Assembly: GCA_965204435.1 (NCBI GenBank)
Contig: OZ241997.1
Location: 5,113,132-5,177,131 of the forward strand
Length of the DNA: 64,000 nt
Origin: Bryobacterales bacterium
Lineage (GTDB): Bacteria; Acidobacteriota; Terriglobia; Bryobacterales; UBA6623
Reading direction: 5' to 3'
The notes beneath the pieces are model-generated. The model searched no databases and was not told where the DNA came from. It saw only the letters and a program-made list of their open reading frames with translations. The position numbers and the translations under genes were made by a program. Shown one piece after another: positions 44,734-53,259 of this stretch (the first letter of the stretch is position 1; every line of letters begins with the position of its first letter).

Positions 44734-46107
44734 CTATCTGTCGGACAGGGAGCGAAACGCCGCCAGCGCTCTCTCGCGACCCTGCCTGTGCCCAATGATT
44801 GGCGGGACGCCGGCCGAGCCGGGTTCGTAGCTCGAGGCTGCGGGCTGCCATCTGCGCAGGTAGCGGCCTGTCGGGTCGAACTTCTCGCCCTGCGTGATCG
44901 GGTTGAAGATGCGAAAGTACGGAGCGGCATCTGCCCCGCAGCCCGCGACCCACTGCCAGTTCGCGATGTTCTGGGCTGGGTCCGCATCGACAAGCGTGTC
45001 CCAGAACCAAGCCTCGCCGCACTGCCATGGTAGGAGCAAGTGCTTGGTCAGGAAGGATCCGACACCCATCCGGACCCGGTTGTGCATCCAGCCCGTGACC
45101 CAGAGCTGACACATTCCCGCGTCGATCCATGGGTAGCCTGTCCTGCCTTTCTGCCAAGCCCCAAGAGACACTGGATCGTCCGCCCACGGGAACCGGTTGA
45201 ACTTCTCTTGGAACGGCCGACTTGCGAGATCAGGGAAGTGATAGAGCAGGTCTGCAGAGAAGTCCCGCCACACGAGCTGCCGGAGAAAGGAATCAATACC
45301 CGGGCCTTCCTTGGGGCTGGCACGCTGTTTGCGTCGGGCCGCATGCCACAGCTGCCTGGGCGACAGCTCGCCGTGCGCCAAGTACGGTGAAAGCGCCGAG
45401 GTTGCGTCAATGTCCGGTCGGTCGCGGTCCTGCCCGTACGAGGCCACATCCTTGTTCAGGAACTCGAACAGACGTGACTCACCGCCGCTTGCTTCGGGAG
45501 CCCAGGCCTTGCGCAGGCCGCTTGTCCAGTCCGGTTTGCAGGGAAGAAGCCGCCAAGCCTCGAGTGTTTCTGACTCCACTGGGACATCGGGCATCGCTTG
45601 GCGGTCTGGGACCGGTAGCGGTGCTGATGGTTCGGCCATTGCTAGCGAAGCCTTGTAGAAGTGCGCGAAGACCCTATAGCAGGCTCCCGACTTTGCTAGC
45701 AGCGTCCCCGGTTCGCGCAAATACGCACCCTCGAAACTGTCGGAGAGGATTCCAATTCGCTGTAGTTCGATTCTGAGAGCCATGTCGGCCCGAGCGCCCC
45801 AAGGCGTGTAGCGCCGATTCCAATAAACTCGGCGAGCGCCTGTCGCGATGGCGACATCGATGACAGCACCATTCTGGTCTCCCTTTCTTAGGACCAGCGG
45901 CACGCCAAGGTCCGCTAATTGCCTATGCAGACGGACGACAGCGTGATGCAGCCACCAGCGCCCCGCGCCGCCCAACGGGCGCCCATCGGCATCGTCATCC
46001 AGCACATAGAGCGCAAGGGTCGGGCCGGCGGCCATAGCCGCGCTCAAGGCGGCATTGTCGGCGATGCGTAGATCCCGTCGGAAGACGACTATCCCGTGTT
46101 TCTTCAT
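44734..46107 (-). CDS. phrB: deoxyribodipyrimidine photolyase / cryptochrome family
   Basis: The N-terminus is VVFRRDLRIADNAAL. FAD-binding C-terminal motifs are TGYPWIDAGMCQLWVTGWMHNRVRMGVGSFL and DADPAQNIANWQWVAGCGADAAPYFRIFNP. Confidence 0.9.
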   Translation of the reverse strand: MKKHGIVVFRRDLRIADNAALSAAMAAGPTLALYVLDDDADGRPLGGAGRWWLHHAVVRLHRQLADLGVPLVLRKGDQNGAVIDVAIATGARRVYWNRRYTPWGARADMALRIELQRIGILSDSFEGAYLREPGTLLAKSGACYRVFAHFYKASLAMAEPSAPLPVPDRQAMPDVPVESETLEAWRLLPCKPDWTSGLRKAWAPEASGGESRLFEFLNKDVASYGQDRDRPDIDATSALSPYLAHGELSPRQLWHAARRKQRASPKEGPGIDSFLRQLVWRDFSADLLYHFPDLASRPFQEKFNRFPWADDPVSLGAWQKGRTGYPWIDAGMCQLWVTGWMHNRVRMGVGSFLTKHLLLPWQCGEAWFWDTLVDADPAQNIANWQWVAGCGADAAPYFRIFNPITQGEKFDPTGRYLRRWQPAASSYEPGSAGVPPIIGHRQGRERALAAFRSLSDR

Positions 46108-46336
46108 CTCGACTCGAATCGATGAGCCATCGAGATCATTCTCGCAGCCGAGACTCGTGAACTGCGTGGCAGCGGATGTTCGCTGGGCCGCGGCGTCTGC
46201 ATGCGCTCGTCACCGCCCGCGCGACCTACCGGGCTTGGCTCGGACGGTCGCGGGACATCGGAGGTCCTAGGACGGGTGAACGCATGACGCTATAGCCGAG
46301 CGCACACGTCAGTCTGAGTGGTGATGGCAGGACGGC

Positions 46337-47284
46337 TCAAGAGAAGGTTGCCAGTTGCCGAACCTCTGCCATGGTCTGAGGGAGGGGCACGCTCGGGTGG
46401 TACTCCAGTCCTGCGTACCCGTCGAACTTGCCAGCGTCCTGCAGTTCGTAGATCGCACGGAACACGTTGCGGTAGTTGATCTCGCCCGTGCCCGGCTGCA
46501 TGCGGCCGGGGTGGTCGCCGATCTGGAAGTGGCCGATCAGATCGATGTTGTCCCGAATTTGAAGAATCAGGTCGCCATCTGTGACCTGCACGTGGTAGAT
46601 GTCGAACAGCAGTTTGACGCGGGGCGAGTCCACCCGGCGCAGCATTTCGAACCCCTCCCGCGCTCCGGCGAGGAAGAGTCCCGGCCGTGTCACAAGCGTG
46701 TTGATCGGCTCAACGACGATCGTGGTCCCGGCTCGCTCCAGGATTGGCACGGCCTCCTTCAGGCCTGCCACGCAGCTGTCCATCTGCTCGGCACGCGACA
46801 TGCCCTCGCGCTCGGGTCCGGTCAGCACCACCAGTCGTTGGCAAGCAAACTCCGCCGCAACCGAGGAAGCATCCGCGATTTCCCTCAGGAAGCCCTCTCT
46901 TTCGCCCGGGTCTGTCAAGCTGCATCCAGGCGCCAGAACGCCCTTGTTTGCAGTGATGCAAACGGCTTCCAAGCCGTGCTTGCGCATCGCGGCTGCGTAT
47001 GCCGTGCGTTCTTGGTCGTCGCGCCAGTCGAACATCTCGAAGCCCTCGTACCCGAGGCTCTTGGCCAGGGCCAGGCCCTCGTCGGGCGTGTATTGGACAC
47101 CGGGGTCCGGGCGTGGGTCCGTGCGATCCATCGTGTCGACGGGAAGCCTGCGTTCACTTCCGCGGAACATGTCGCACGTTACCGACAGCTTGAGGCCATT
47201 CGGTGGTGCCACGGCCTGCCGTTTGCAGGCGATTGCCAGCGGCACGGCGGCGGCCGCTGACGCGATGAACTTCCGTCGATGCAT
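46337..47284 (-). CDS. hydroxypyruvate-isomerase-like xylose-isomerase-fold TIM barrel with Tat-type signal
   Basis: N-terminal MHRRKFIASAAAAVPLAIA. GYEGFEMFDW, VVEPIN and HFQIGDHPGR are typical of the Hyi/OtnI-like TIM-barrel family. Confidence 0.65.
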   Translation of the reverse strand: MHRRKFIASAAAAVPLAIACKRQAVAPPNGLKLSVTCDMFRGSERRLPVDTMDRTDPRPDPGVQYTPDEGLALAKSLGYEGFEMFDWRDDQERTAYAAAMRKHGLEAVCITANKGVLAPGCSLTDPGEREGFLREIADASSVAAEFACQRLVVLTGPEREGMSRAEQMDSCVAGLKEAVPILERAGTTIVVEPINTLVTRPGLFLAGAREGFEMLRRVDSPRVKLLFDIYHVQVTDGDLILQIRDNIDLIGHFQIGDHPGRMQPGTGEINYRNVFRAIYELQDAGKFDGYAGLEYHPSVPLPQTMAEVRQLATFS

Positions 47285-47401
47285 GAACGTTGCTAGCCTT
47301 TAGGGCCGGGTGTCTGATGATGACTGGGATGTGTGCCCATCATCGCGTCCTAGGTCACTTCGCCGCGGGCTTGCATGGCCATTCTGCGCGCTGAGTCGCG
47401 G

Positions 47402-48460
47402 CTAGGACATCATGCCGGATGCTTTCAGCAGCGTCTCATGGACTAGCAGTTCGTGATCGTAGGATTGCTGCAACGGCGTGTTGCTCTTGAACGCTCGCGC
47501 AAATTCCACGAAGTCGGCGATATAGCGCGGCTGCGGGCCAAGGTCGATGGTTTGCCAGCCTTGTTTGTATGGCCCCCTTGCCTCGCGCATCGCAACTTTC
47601 ATCTTGGAGTGCCCTCCGAGCGGCTGGACCATGAAGCTGCCGTCTGTTCCTATGACCTCGAACGACCTGTGGTCGCCTGATCCGTACATGCGGGCCGTCG
47701 TCGAGATTAGCGCGAGGCCGCCGCCATATTCCAAGACCGCGAGCGTGTTGTCCTTCAGGTTGTCGTCTACGCCAGTATCGTGGCGCAGCCACGTGTGGAC
47801 CTTGTCGGGCCGGCCGGTGAATTCGAGCACCCGGTCAATCATGTGACCCATCAGTTCGAACATCGCTCCACCGGGATACCGTGCTTCGAGATCCCTCTGC
47901 TCTTGGCCGCGATCTGAGTTCATGACGCCCCTAACCAAGTGGACGCTTCCGAGCCAGCCTTGCCTGGCCGCGTGCAAGGCGGCGTTGATGCCCTCCTGGC
48001 CACGCAGGACCCACCCCATTTGCAAGAGCAAGCTCTTGGAGCGGGCTTCGTCGACCAGCTCGCTGAAGGGTTCGTACGTGTCCCCCGCAGGCTTCTCCAA
48101 GTGGAGGTGCTTGCCTGCCGCGATGACCTTCCGCCCCCACGGAATGGCCTGCCACGGCTTGCATTCCACGACTACGAGGTCAATCGACTTGTTGCTCAGC
48201 AGCTCGCTCTCCGAGACCCATGTCTGGCCCTGAAACAGCGGGGTTGCGGCCTGCTTCTTCTGGATTGCGGGATCGTGTTCGCAGATGCACGCGACTTCGT
48301 AGTCTGGCGAGTCGATCATGGCTTGGAGCTTGCCGCGGACATGTCCGTGCTGCGTCCCCAGAATCGCGGTGCGAATCCGGGCCCCCGCTCCCCTGGCGCG
48401 TTCTGCGGCAGCTACCGCCGCAGCGGTAGAGGCGATGAACTCTCTTCGATCGATTGGCAT
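47402..48460 (-). CDS. Gfo/Idh/MocA-family oxidoreductase with Tat-type signal
   Basis: Start set at MPIDRREFIASTAAAVAAA (ATG 48460), with SD GGAGGG 6 nt upstream. Rossmann motif TAILGTQHGH and HLHLEKPAG are present. Confidence 0.8.
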   Translation of the reverse strand: MPIDRREFIASTAAAVAAAERARGAGARIRTAILGTQHGHVRGKLQAMIDSPDYEVACICEHDPAIQKKQAATPLFQGQTWVSESELLSNKSIDLVVVECKPWQAIPWGRKVIAAGKHLHLEKPAGDTYEPFSELVDEARSKSLLLQMGWVLRGQEGINAALHAARQGWLGSVHLVRGVMNSDRGQEQRDLEARYPGGAMFELMGHMIDRVLEFTGRPDKVHTWLRHDTGVDDNLKDNTLAVLEYGGGLALISTTARMYGSGDHRSFEVIGTDGSFMVQPLGGHSKMKVAMREARGPYKQGWQTIDLGPQPRYIADFVEFARAFKSNTPLQQSYDHELLVHETLLKASGMMS

Positions 48461-48509
48461 TGGGTTCCCTCCGCTTGCCCCGGCGAGACCGCGCTGCCCG
48501 AGTCGTCCC

Positions 48510-49463
48510 TCAGGCGGCCCTAGGCATCGTGAGCGGCCTAAGGTGCTCATAGCTCTTGCGAACCGCTTCGGTGACCGGCATGATGTCGCCGAACGCTTGG
48601 TGAACGGTGATGTAGCCTTCGTATCCCACCTCGTGCATGGCGTCGAACACTGCTGCGACGTCAATGCCGCCTTGCTCCCAGACGCCAATGTGGTCTACGG
48701 GCACTGGTCCCCTCTTCCATGTGGTGACGGCCGTGGCTCCTTCGGGGTTCAGCCTGTGGTTCTGGATATAGAAATTGAACAGGTACGGCTTCATCTTGCG
48801 GATCGCATCGATGCCGTAGTCCTCGCCGGCAATGAACCAGTTGGCGGGCTCGTAGATGATTCCGAAGTTCGGCCTGTTGACCGCCTCCAGTACGCGCAGG
48901 GAGCCGCTGACGGTCTCGAACAAGCTGGCGCAGTGTGACTGGTGAGCCAGGCGGATGCCGCGTTCCGCGGCCTCGTCTGCCGACTTCTGCGCAAATTCGA
49001 TGTCCTCGTCCTTCTTCATGCAAACCCTGATGAGATTGGAGCCGAGAGCGTCCGCGAGGTCTAGGTACGGCGTAATATCTCGCAAGAGCATCGGCCCCTT
49101 TTCGTTGTTGCTGGGCACCGCGAAATCGCCTGTGACCATTGACACCCTCAGGCCGGCCGCGTCGATCTTCTCGCGAGCTTCGGCGATCTGCTCGGCCGGG
49201 CTGTGCGTGCCTAGCTGCGAGGCCCTCATGCAGAGCGCTTCGTAGCCGAACGTCTTCGCCAGGTCGATCAGCTCGTCGATCGTCATCTCCGAGTTGCGCT
49301 TGTCAGAAAACGACTCCGCGACCCGCACCGACAGCGAGAGCTTCATCGGAGCCTCGGCGGCTGAAGGCTCAGCGGTCGGACTCTCGGCATCAGGCCCGGA
49401 GCAGTTGTAGAGCGAGATTCCGGCGGCTGCCGCGAGAAATGTTCGCCTAGATCCGTGCATCAT
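48510..49463 (-). CDS. sugar phosphate isomerase/epimerase TIM barrel with Tat-type signal
   Basis: Start set at MMHGSRRTFLAAAAGISL (49463). The TIM-barrel pattern is present (YEALCMR, RLAHQSH, YEPANW, TVHQ). Confidence 0.7.
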   Translation of the reverse strand: MMHGSRRTFLAAAAGISLYNCSGPDAESPTAEPSAAEAPMKLSLSVRVAESFSDKRNSEMTIDELIDLAKTFGYEALCMRASQLGTHSPAEQIAEAREKIDAAGLRVSMVTGDFAVPSNNEKGPMLLRDITPYLDLADALGSNLIRVCMKKDEDIEFAQKSADEAAERGIRLAHQSHCASLFETVSGSLRVLEAVNRPNFGIIYEPANWFIAGEDYGIDAIRKMKPYLFNFYIQNHRLNPEGATAVTTWKRGPVPVDHIGVWEQGGIDVAAVFDAMHEVGYEGYITVHQAFGDIMPVTEAVRKSYEHLRPLTMPRAA

Positions 49464-49619
49464 CGATGGATTCCCTGCTTTCGTGCACAGTGTCGCACTC
49501 TTGCCGCGGAAATTGCTTAGACGTGTGCGTGATGGATAACGCGTATTCTCTAGACTCCACCCAATGCCTCTCGCTACGGACGCACCGCAAGATCTGATCA
49601 GACCGCCGCAGCCTTCCTG

Positions 49620-49644
49620 GCCGCCCCAAAGGGCGGCGTATAAT
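49620..49644 (+). promoter_or_regulatory. inverted repeat plus perfect -10 hexamer upstream of the antitoxin-like genes
   Basis: gccgccc-caaa-gggcggc (49620-49637) abuts TATAAT (49639-49644). This is 22 nt upstream of ATG 49667, which has SD AGGTG. No good -35 element. Confidence 0.3.
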
Positions 49645-49666
49645 TCGGTTAACAACAGGTGTGGAG

Positions 49667-49858
49667 ATGACGGTCGTTCGCAAGGCAGTCCGCGAAGAAA
49701 TCGAACGCATGTGCAATGAGGAACTCCTTGGCTTCAAGGAGTTTCTGACCACGTACCCTACACCCGCCGCAGCCGCGCGCCGCGCCGCCTCGCTTGAAAG
49801 TCAAGCAATGACCGACGAGGAAAGAGTGCCAGACTCGGAAACCAGTGAACAAGGGTGA
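49667..49858 (+). CDS. truncated antitoxin-like small protein (paralog of N-terminal half of 49937 gene)
   Basis: VRKAVREEIERMCNEELLGFKEFLTTYP aligns with VRRQIQEEVDRMTDDEIRGLSGFLATFP of the next gene. It lacks that gene's C-terminal segment. SD precedes the ATG. Confidence 0.45.
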   Translation: MTVVRKAVREEIERMCNEELLGFKEFLTTYPTPAAAARRAASLESQAMTDEERVPDSETSEQG

Positions 49859-49936
49859 GGGGCTCGGTTCACGAGTGCGTCAGTTACTACGCCGAGAGAC
49901 ACGAAGGCGTACGACGATCTCATGGGAGGCAGGTCG

Positions 49937-50188
49937 ATGATCGACGTTCGACGACAAATCCAGGAAGAGGTCGACCGGATGACCGACGACGAGATTCGTG
50001 GATTAAGCGGATTCCTCGCTACTTTCCCTGACCGGCTAGGTGCGGTTCTTCGCAACGCCCCATGGGACGACGAGCCATGGACCGACGAAGACGAGCGTGC
50101 ATGGACCGAGGCCGAGGAATGGCTTGAGCAGAACGGGGGTAGGGGCATCCCACATGAAGAGATCGTTCGACGGCACGGTCTCAGGTGA
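49937..50188 (+). CDS. type II antitoxin (partner of RelE/ParE-family toxin)
   Basis: ATG 49937 is preceded by GGGAGG. Small acidic protein ending ...GRGIPHEEIVRRHGLR. It overlaps the toxin gene start. Confidence 0.6.
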   Translation: MIDVRRQIQEEVDRMTDDEIRGLSGFLATFPDRLGAVLRNAPWDDEPWTDEDERAWTEAEEWLEQNGGRGIPHEEIVRRHGLR

Positions 50189-50564
50189 CTCGCACCCCGC
50201 GTTTCGGGTTGAGTGGACCAAGCAGGCAGACGCTGACCTCGCGAAACTCACGAAGCGCGATAGGCAGCGAGTTAAGGCTGCAGTCCAGCAATTCGCCGAT
50301 ACCAGACACGGACGCATCAAGAGGCTCGGCGGCTTCGCAGCTCCCCGATTCAGGTTGAGGGTCGGTGAGTGGCGGGTACTGTTCCGGCGCGAGACAGGAG
50401 CCATTTATGTCCACCGTGTGCTTCACCGGCGTGAGGCCTATCGCAAGTCTTCATGGATCGGGCAGGAATTACCAGTGCAGGAAGGACTGAACGAGCTGCG
50501 AGATCATGAGGGGGCCGCACGTGCTGGAACTCTGTCCGCGGACGTCGCGATTCGAATCGAATAA
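50154..50564 (+). CDS. RelE/ParE-family type II toxin
   Basis: FRVEWTKQADADLAKLTKRDRQRVKAAVQQFA...IKRLGG...RFRLRVGEWRVLFRRETGAIYVHRVLHRREAY matches the RelE/ParE consensus (A.kdL.kL...i...i..l...kkL.g...yRlRvGdyRviy...v.hRkevY). ATG 50154 is the only in-frame start upstream of the domain. Confidence 0.7.
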   Translation: MKRSFDGTVSGDSHPAFRVEWTKQADADLAKLTKRDRQRVKAAVQQFADTRHGRIKRLGGFAAPRFRLRVGEWRVLFRRETGAIYVHRVLHRREAYRKSSWIGQELPVQEGLNELRDHEGAARAGTLSADVAIRIE

Positions 50565-50831
50565 TAGAACCTTCGGATGCGCATTAGCCAAGCCCGCTTA
50601 GGTTCGAATTCCGATTCGCCCGTGCCCTCACACGCCGGCTTAGTCGTCTTGGCCTGCAAAGAGAGGAGGTGGAAGAAGGTACGAGGATCCATCCGGCACA
50701 TCCTCCCCTTGCAACTTCGGCGGCGGCCTGAACTCAGAAGCTTCCAATCCCTTGCCCGCAGATCCTTCGTGGTGGCATGCCTGCCCTGTACGAGTGGTCG
50801 GGCATTGCCTAGCGTCGCACCGAGCGATGCC

Positions 50832-52595
50832 TCAGCTCGTCATCGACGCTAGGAACTCTTCGTTGTTCTTGGTCTTGACCATGCGATCCAGCAGCAACTC
50901 GGCCGCTTCGACCGTTTGCAGCCCGCTCAGCACGCGCCGCAATACCCAGACCTTGTTGAGGGTTTCCTGCCCCAGCAACAGCTCTTCCTTGCGCGTCCCG
51001 CTTCGGTTGGTATCGATCGACGGGAAGATTCGCTTGTCCACGAGCTTGCGATCAAGGTGGGCCTCCATGTTGCCGGTGCCCTTGAACTCCTCGAAGATCA
51101 CCTCGTCCATGCGGCTGCCGGTCTCGACCAGAGCGGTGGCGACGATCGTCAGCGAACCGCCCTCCTCGATGTTGCGCGCCGCGCCGAAGAATCGCTTGGG
51201 GCGCTGGAGCGCGTTGGAGTCCACGCCGCCGGAGAGCACCTTGCCCGAGGGTGGGGCGATCGTATTGTAGGCCCGCGCAAGGCGCGTGATCGAATCCAGC
51301 AAGATCACCACGTCGCGCTTGTGCTCGACCAAGCGCTTCGCCTTCTCGATCACCGTCTCGGCGATATTGACGTGCCGCGAGGCCGGCTCGTCAAAAGTGG
51401 AGCTGACCACCTCGCCGCGCACCGAGCGTTGCATGTCGGTGACCTCTTCCGGGCGCTCGTCGATCAGCAGCACGATCAGGTAGACGTCCGGTTGGTTCTC
51501 CGTGATGGAGTTGGCGATGGCCTGCAGCAACATCGTCTTGCCGGTGCGCGGCGGAGCCACGATCAGCCCGCGCTGGCCCTTGCCGATGGGAACCAGCAGG
51601 TCCAGCACCCGCCCGCTCAGGTTGTTCTTGTTGGTCTCGAGCTTGAACTTGCTCTCCGGGTAGAGAGCGGTCAGGTTGTCGAACAGAATCTTGGTCTTCG
51701 CTACCGCCGGCGGTTCGAAGTTGACCGCCAAGACTTTCAGCAGGGCGAAATAGCGCTCTCCGGCGTGGGGCGGGCGCATGTGCCCGGCCACGGTGTCGCC
51801 GCTGCGCAAGTTGCAGCGCCGGATCTGGTTCGGCGAGACGTACACGTCGTCCGGGCCGGGCTGGTAGTGGTACGCCGGTGAGCGCAGGAACCCGTAACCT
51901 TCCTGCGTGATCTGCAGCACCCCTTCGGCCAGGATCAGGCCCACGCCGTCGGTTTGGGTCTGCAAGATGCTGAAGATCAGTTCCTGCTTGCGCAAGCCGG
52001 CACGAGTCTCAAGGCCCAGTTCCCTCGCCTTGCGGTACAGGTCGGTGATGCTCAGCGCTTTGAGCGGGGCGAGTTCCAGCGGGCGCTTGCCCTCTTCGAG
52101 CATGCTCTCGACGATGGCTTGGTATTCAGCCTCTTCGTCGACCTGCTCGGCCTTTTGGCCGTGGCGCTTGCCGCGGCCCGCGGAGTCGCGCCGGAAGCGG
52201 GCTTTGCGCGCGGGCTTGCGACCATAGCGCTCCCCTTGGGGTGGTCTGGCGCCGCCCTCTTCGGCCTTGCCGTCGGGGCTTGCATCTGATCCTTCCGCTT
52301 CCCGGAACCGACTGCGCCTGCGCCGGCCGCTCTGCCCCGACTCGTCATCCGAGCCGTCGGAGCTCTCGTGGCCGCCAGATGGTTCCTGCTCGGCGGAACG
52401 AGGTGCCTCGGCTCCGGTCGCTTCGTCGCTCTCGGAGCTTGTCGGCGGACTGTCGGCGGGCTCTTCCTTCGGTCGGCTCTTGCGCCTTGTTGCGCGCGCC
52501 GGCTTCTTCCGCTCGGCCGGCACCGGCTCCGCCGCTTCGGCCGTCGGACTAGCTACCGGAGTCTCGTCCGGGCCGTCGGTGGAAGTAGAAGCCAT
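50832..52595 (-). CDS. rho: transcription termination factor Rho with long N-terminal low-complexity extension
   Basis: The core is conserved: RNA-binding domain (GYGFLR), Walker A (APPRTGKT), Q/R loops, and C-terminus KTKNNEEFL. Start set at MASTSTDG (52595), leaving a 49-nt gap to engB. Confidence 0.9.
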   Translation of the reverse strand: MASTSTDGPDETPVASPTAEAAEPVPAERKKPARATRRKSRPKEEPADSPPTSSESDEATGAEAPRSAEQEPSGGHESSDGSDDESGQSGRRRRSRFREAEGSDASPDGKAEEGGARPPQGERYGRKPARKARFRRDSAGRGKRHGQKAEQVDEEAEYQAIVESMLEEGKRPLELAPLKALSITDLYRKARELGLETRAGLRKQELIFSILQTQTDGVGLILAEGVLQITQEGYGFLRSPAYHYQPGPDDVYVSPNQIRRCNLRSGDTVAGHMRPPHAGERYFALLKVLAVNFEPPAVAKTKILFDNLTALYPESKFKLETNKNNLSGRVLDLLVPIGKGQRGLIVAPPRTGKTMLLQAIANSITENQPDVYLIVLLIDERPEEVTDMQRSVRGEVVSSTFDEPASRHVNIAETVIEKAKRLVEHKRDVVILLDSITRLARAYNTIAPPSGKVLSGGVDSNALQRPKRFFGAARNIEEGGSLTIVATALVETGSRMDEVIFEEFKGTGNMEAHLDRKLVDKRIFPSIDTNRSGTRKEELLLGQETLNKVWVLRRVLSGLQTVEAAELLLDRMVKTKNNEEFLASMTS

Positions 52596-52644
52596 GGTTG
52601 ATCTCGCGTGTTCCGCAAAGCCCAGTAGAGGACGCCAGCCGGGA

Positions 52645-53238
52645 CTAAGTGGCAAGAGCCGAATCGATGGCTCGCCAAAGTTGCTGCACGCCTTCCCCCG
52701 AAATAGCCGAGAACGGTATCGGGGGGGCGAAGCTCTCCTCGATGGAGCGGATCGAGCGCAGTCGCGCTGCTCGCTTTAGCTTATCCGATTTCGTGGCCGC
52801 CACGCAGAACGGTTGTTCGTTGGCTTCCAGCCAGTCTGCCAGCTGCCGGTCAAGCGCGGTGGGACCGTGGCGGATGTCGACCAATGCAACGACGAGCTTG
52901 AGTTGTTCCCGCCGGGCCAGATAGGACTCGGCCAGCCGCTTCCAGTGTTCTCGCTCGGTATGCGACGCCTTCGCGAAGCCATAGCCGGGCAGGTCGACGA
53001 AGTAGAGCCTGCGGTCGATGCGAAAGAAGTTGATCGCTCGCGTCTTCCCCGGGGTCTGGCTGGTCTTCGCCAGCTGCTTGCGCTCGGTGCCGCCCTTGCG
53101 CTTGCGGCTGCGCTGCAGCAGGGCGTTCAGCAGGCTCGACTTGCCCACATTGCTGCGTCCGACGAACGCGATCTCGGGAAGCCGGTCGCGTGGGAATTGC
53201 TCGGCGCTGTGTGCGCTGAGGACAAACTCGACCGCCAT
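52645..53238 (-). CDS. engB: ribosome biogenesis GTP-binding protein YihA/EngB
   Basis: G1 is [17 protein letters not shown]3 is DLPGYG and G4 is TKSDK. 197 aa. Confidence 0.9.
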   Translation of the reverse strand: MAVEFVLSAHSAEQFPRDRLPEIAFVGRSNVGKSSLLNALLQRSRKRKGGTERKQLAKTSQTPGKTRAINFFRIDRRLYFVDLPGYGFAKASHTEREHWKRLAESYLARREQLKLVVALVDIRHGPTALDRQLADWLEANEQPFCVAATKSDKLKRAARLRSIRSIEESFAPPIPFSAISGEGVQQLWRAIDSALAT

Positions 53239-53259
53239 GGTGCGCCGCCGAGCGGCCGG

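Noticed and set aside
50601-50612. GGTTCGAATTCC, resembling a tRNA T-loop, next to the TA islet (possible tRNA or att remnant)
   Set aside because: I could not build T-stem, acceptor or anticodon pairings on either strand around it. The motif is also nearly self-complementary. Probably chance.
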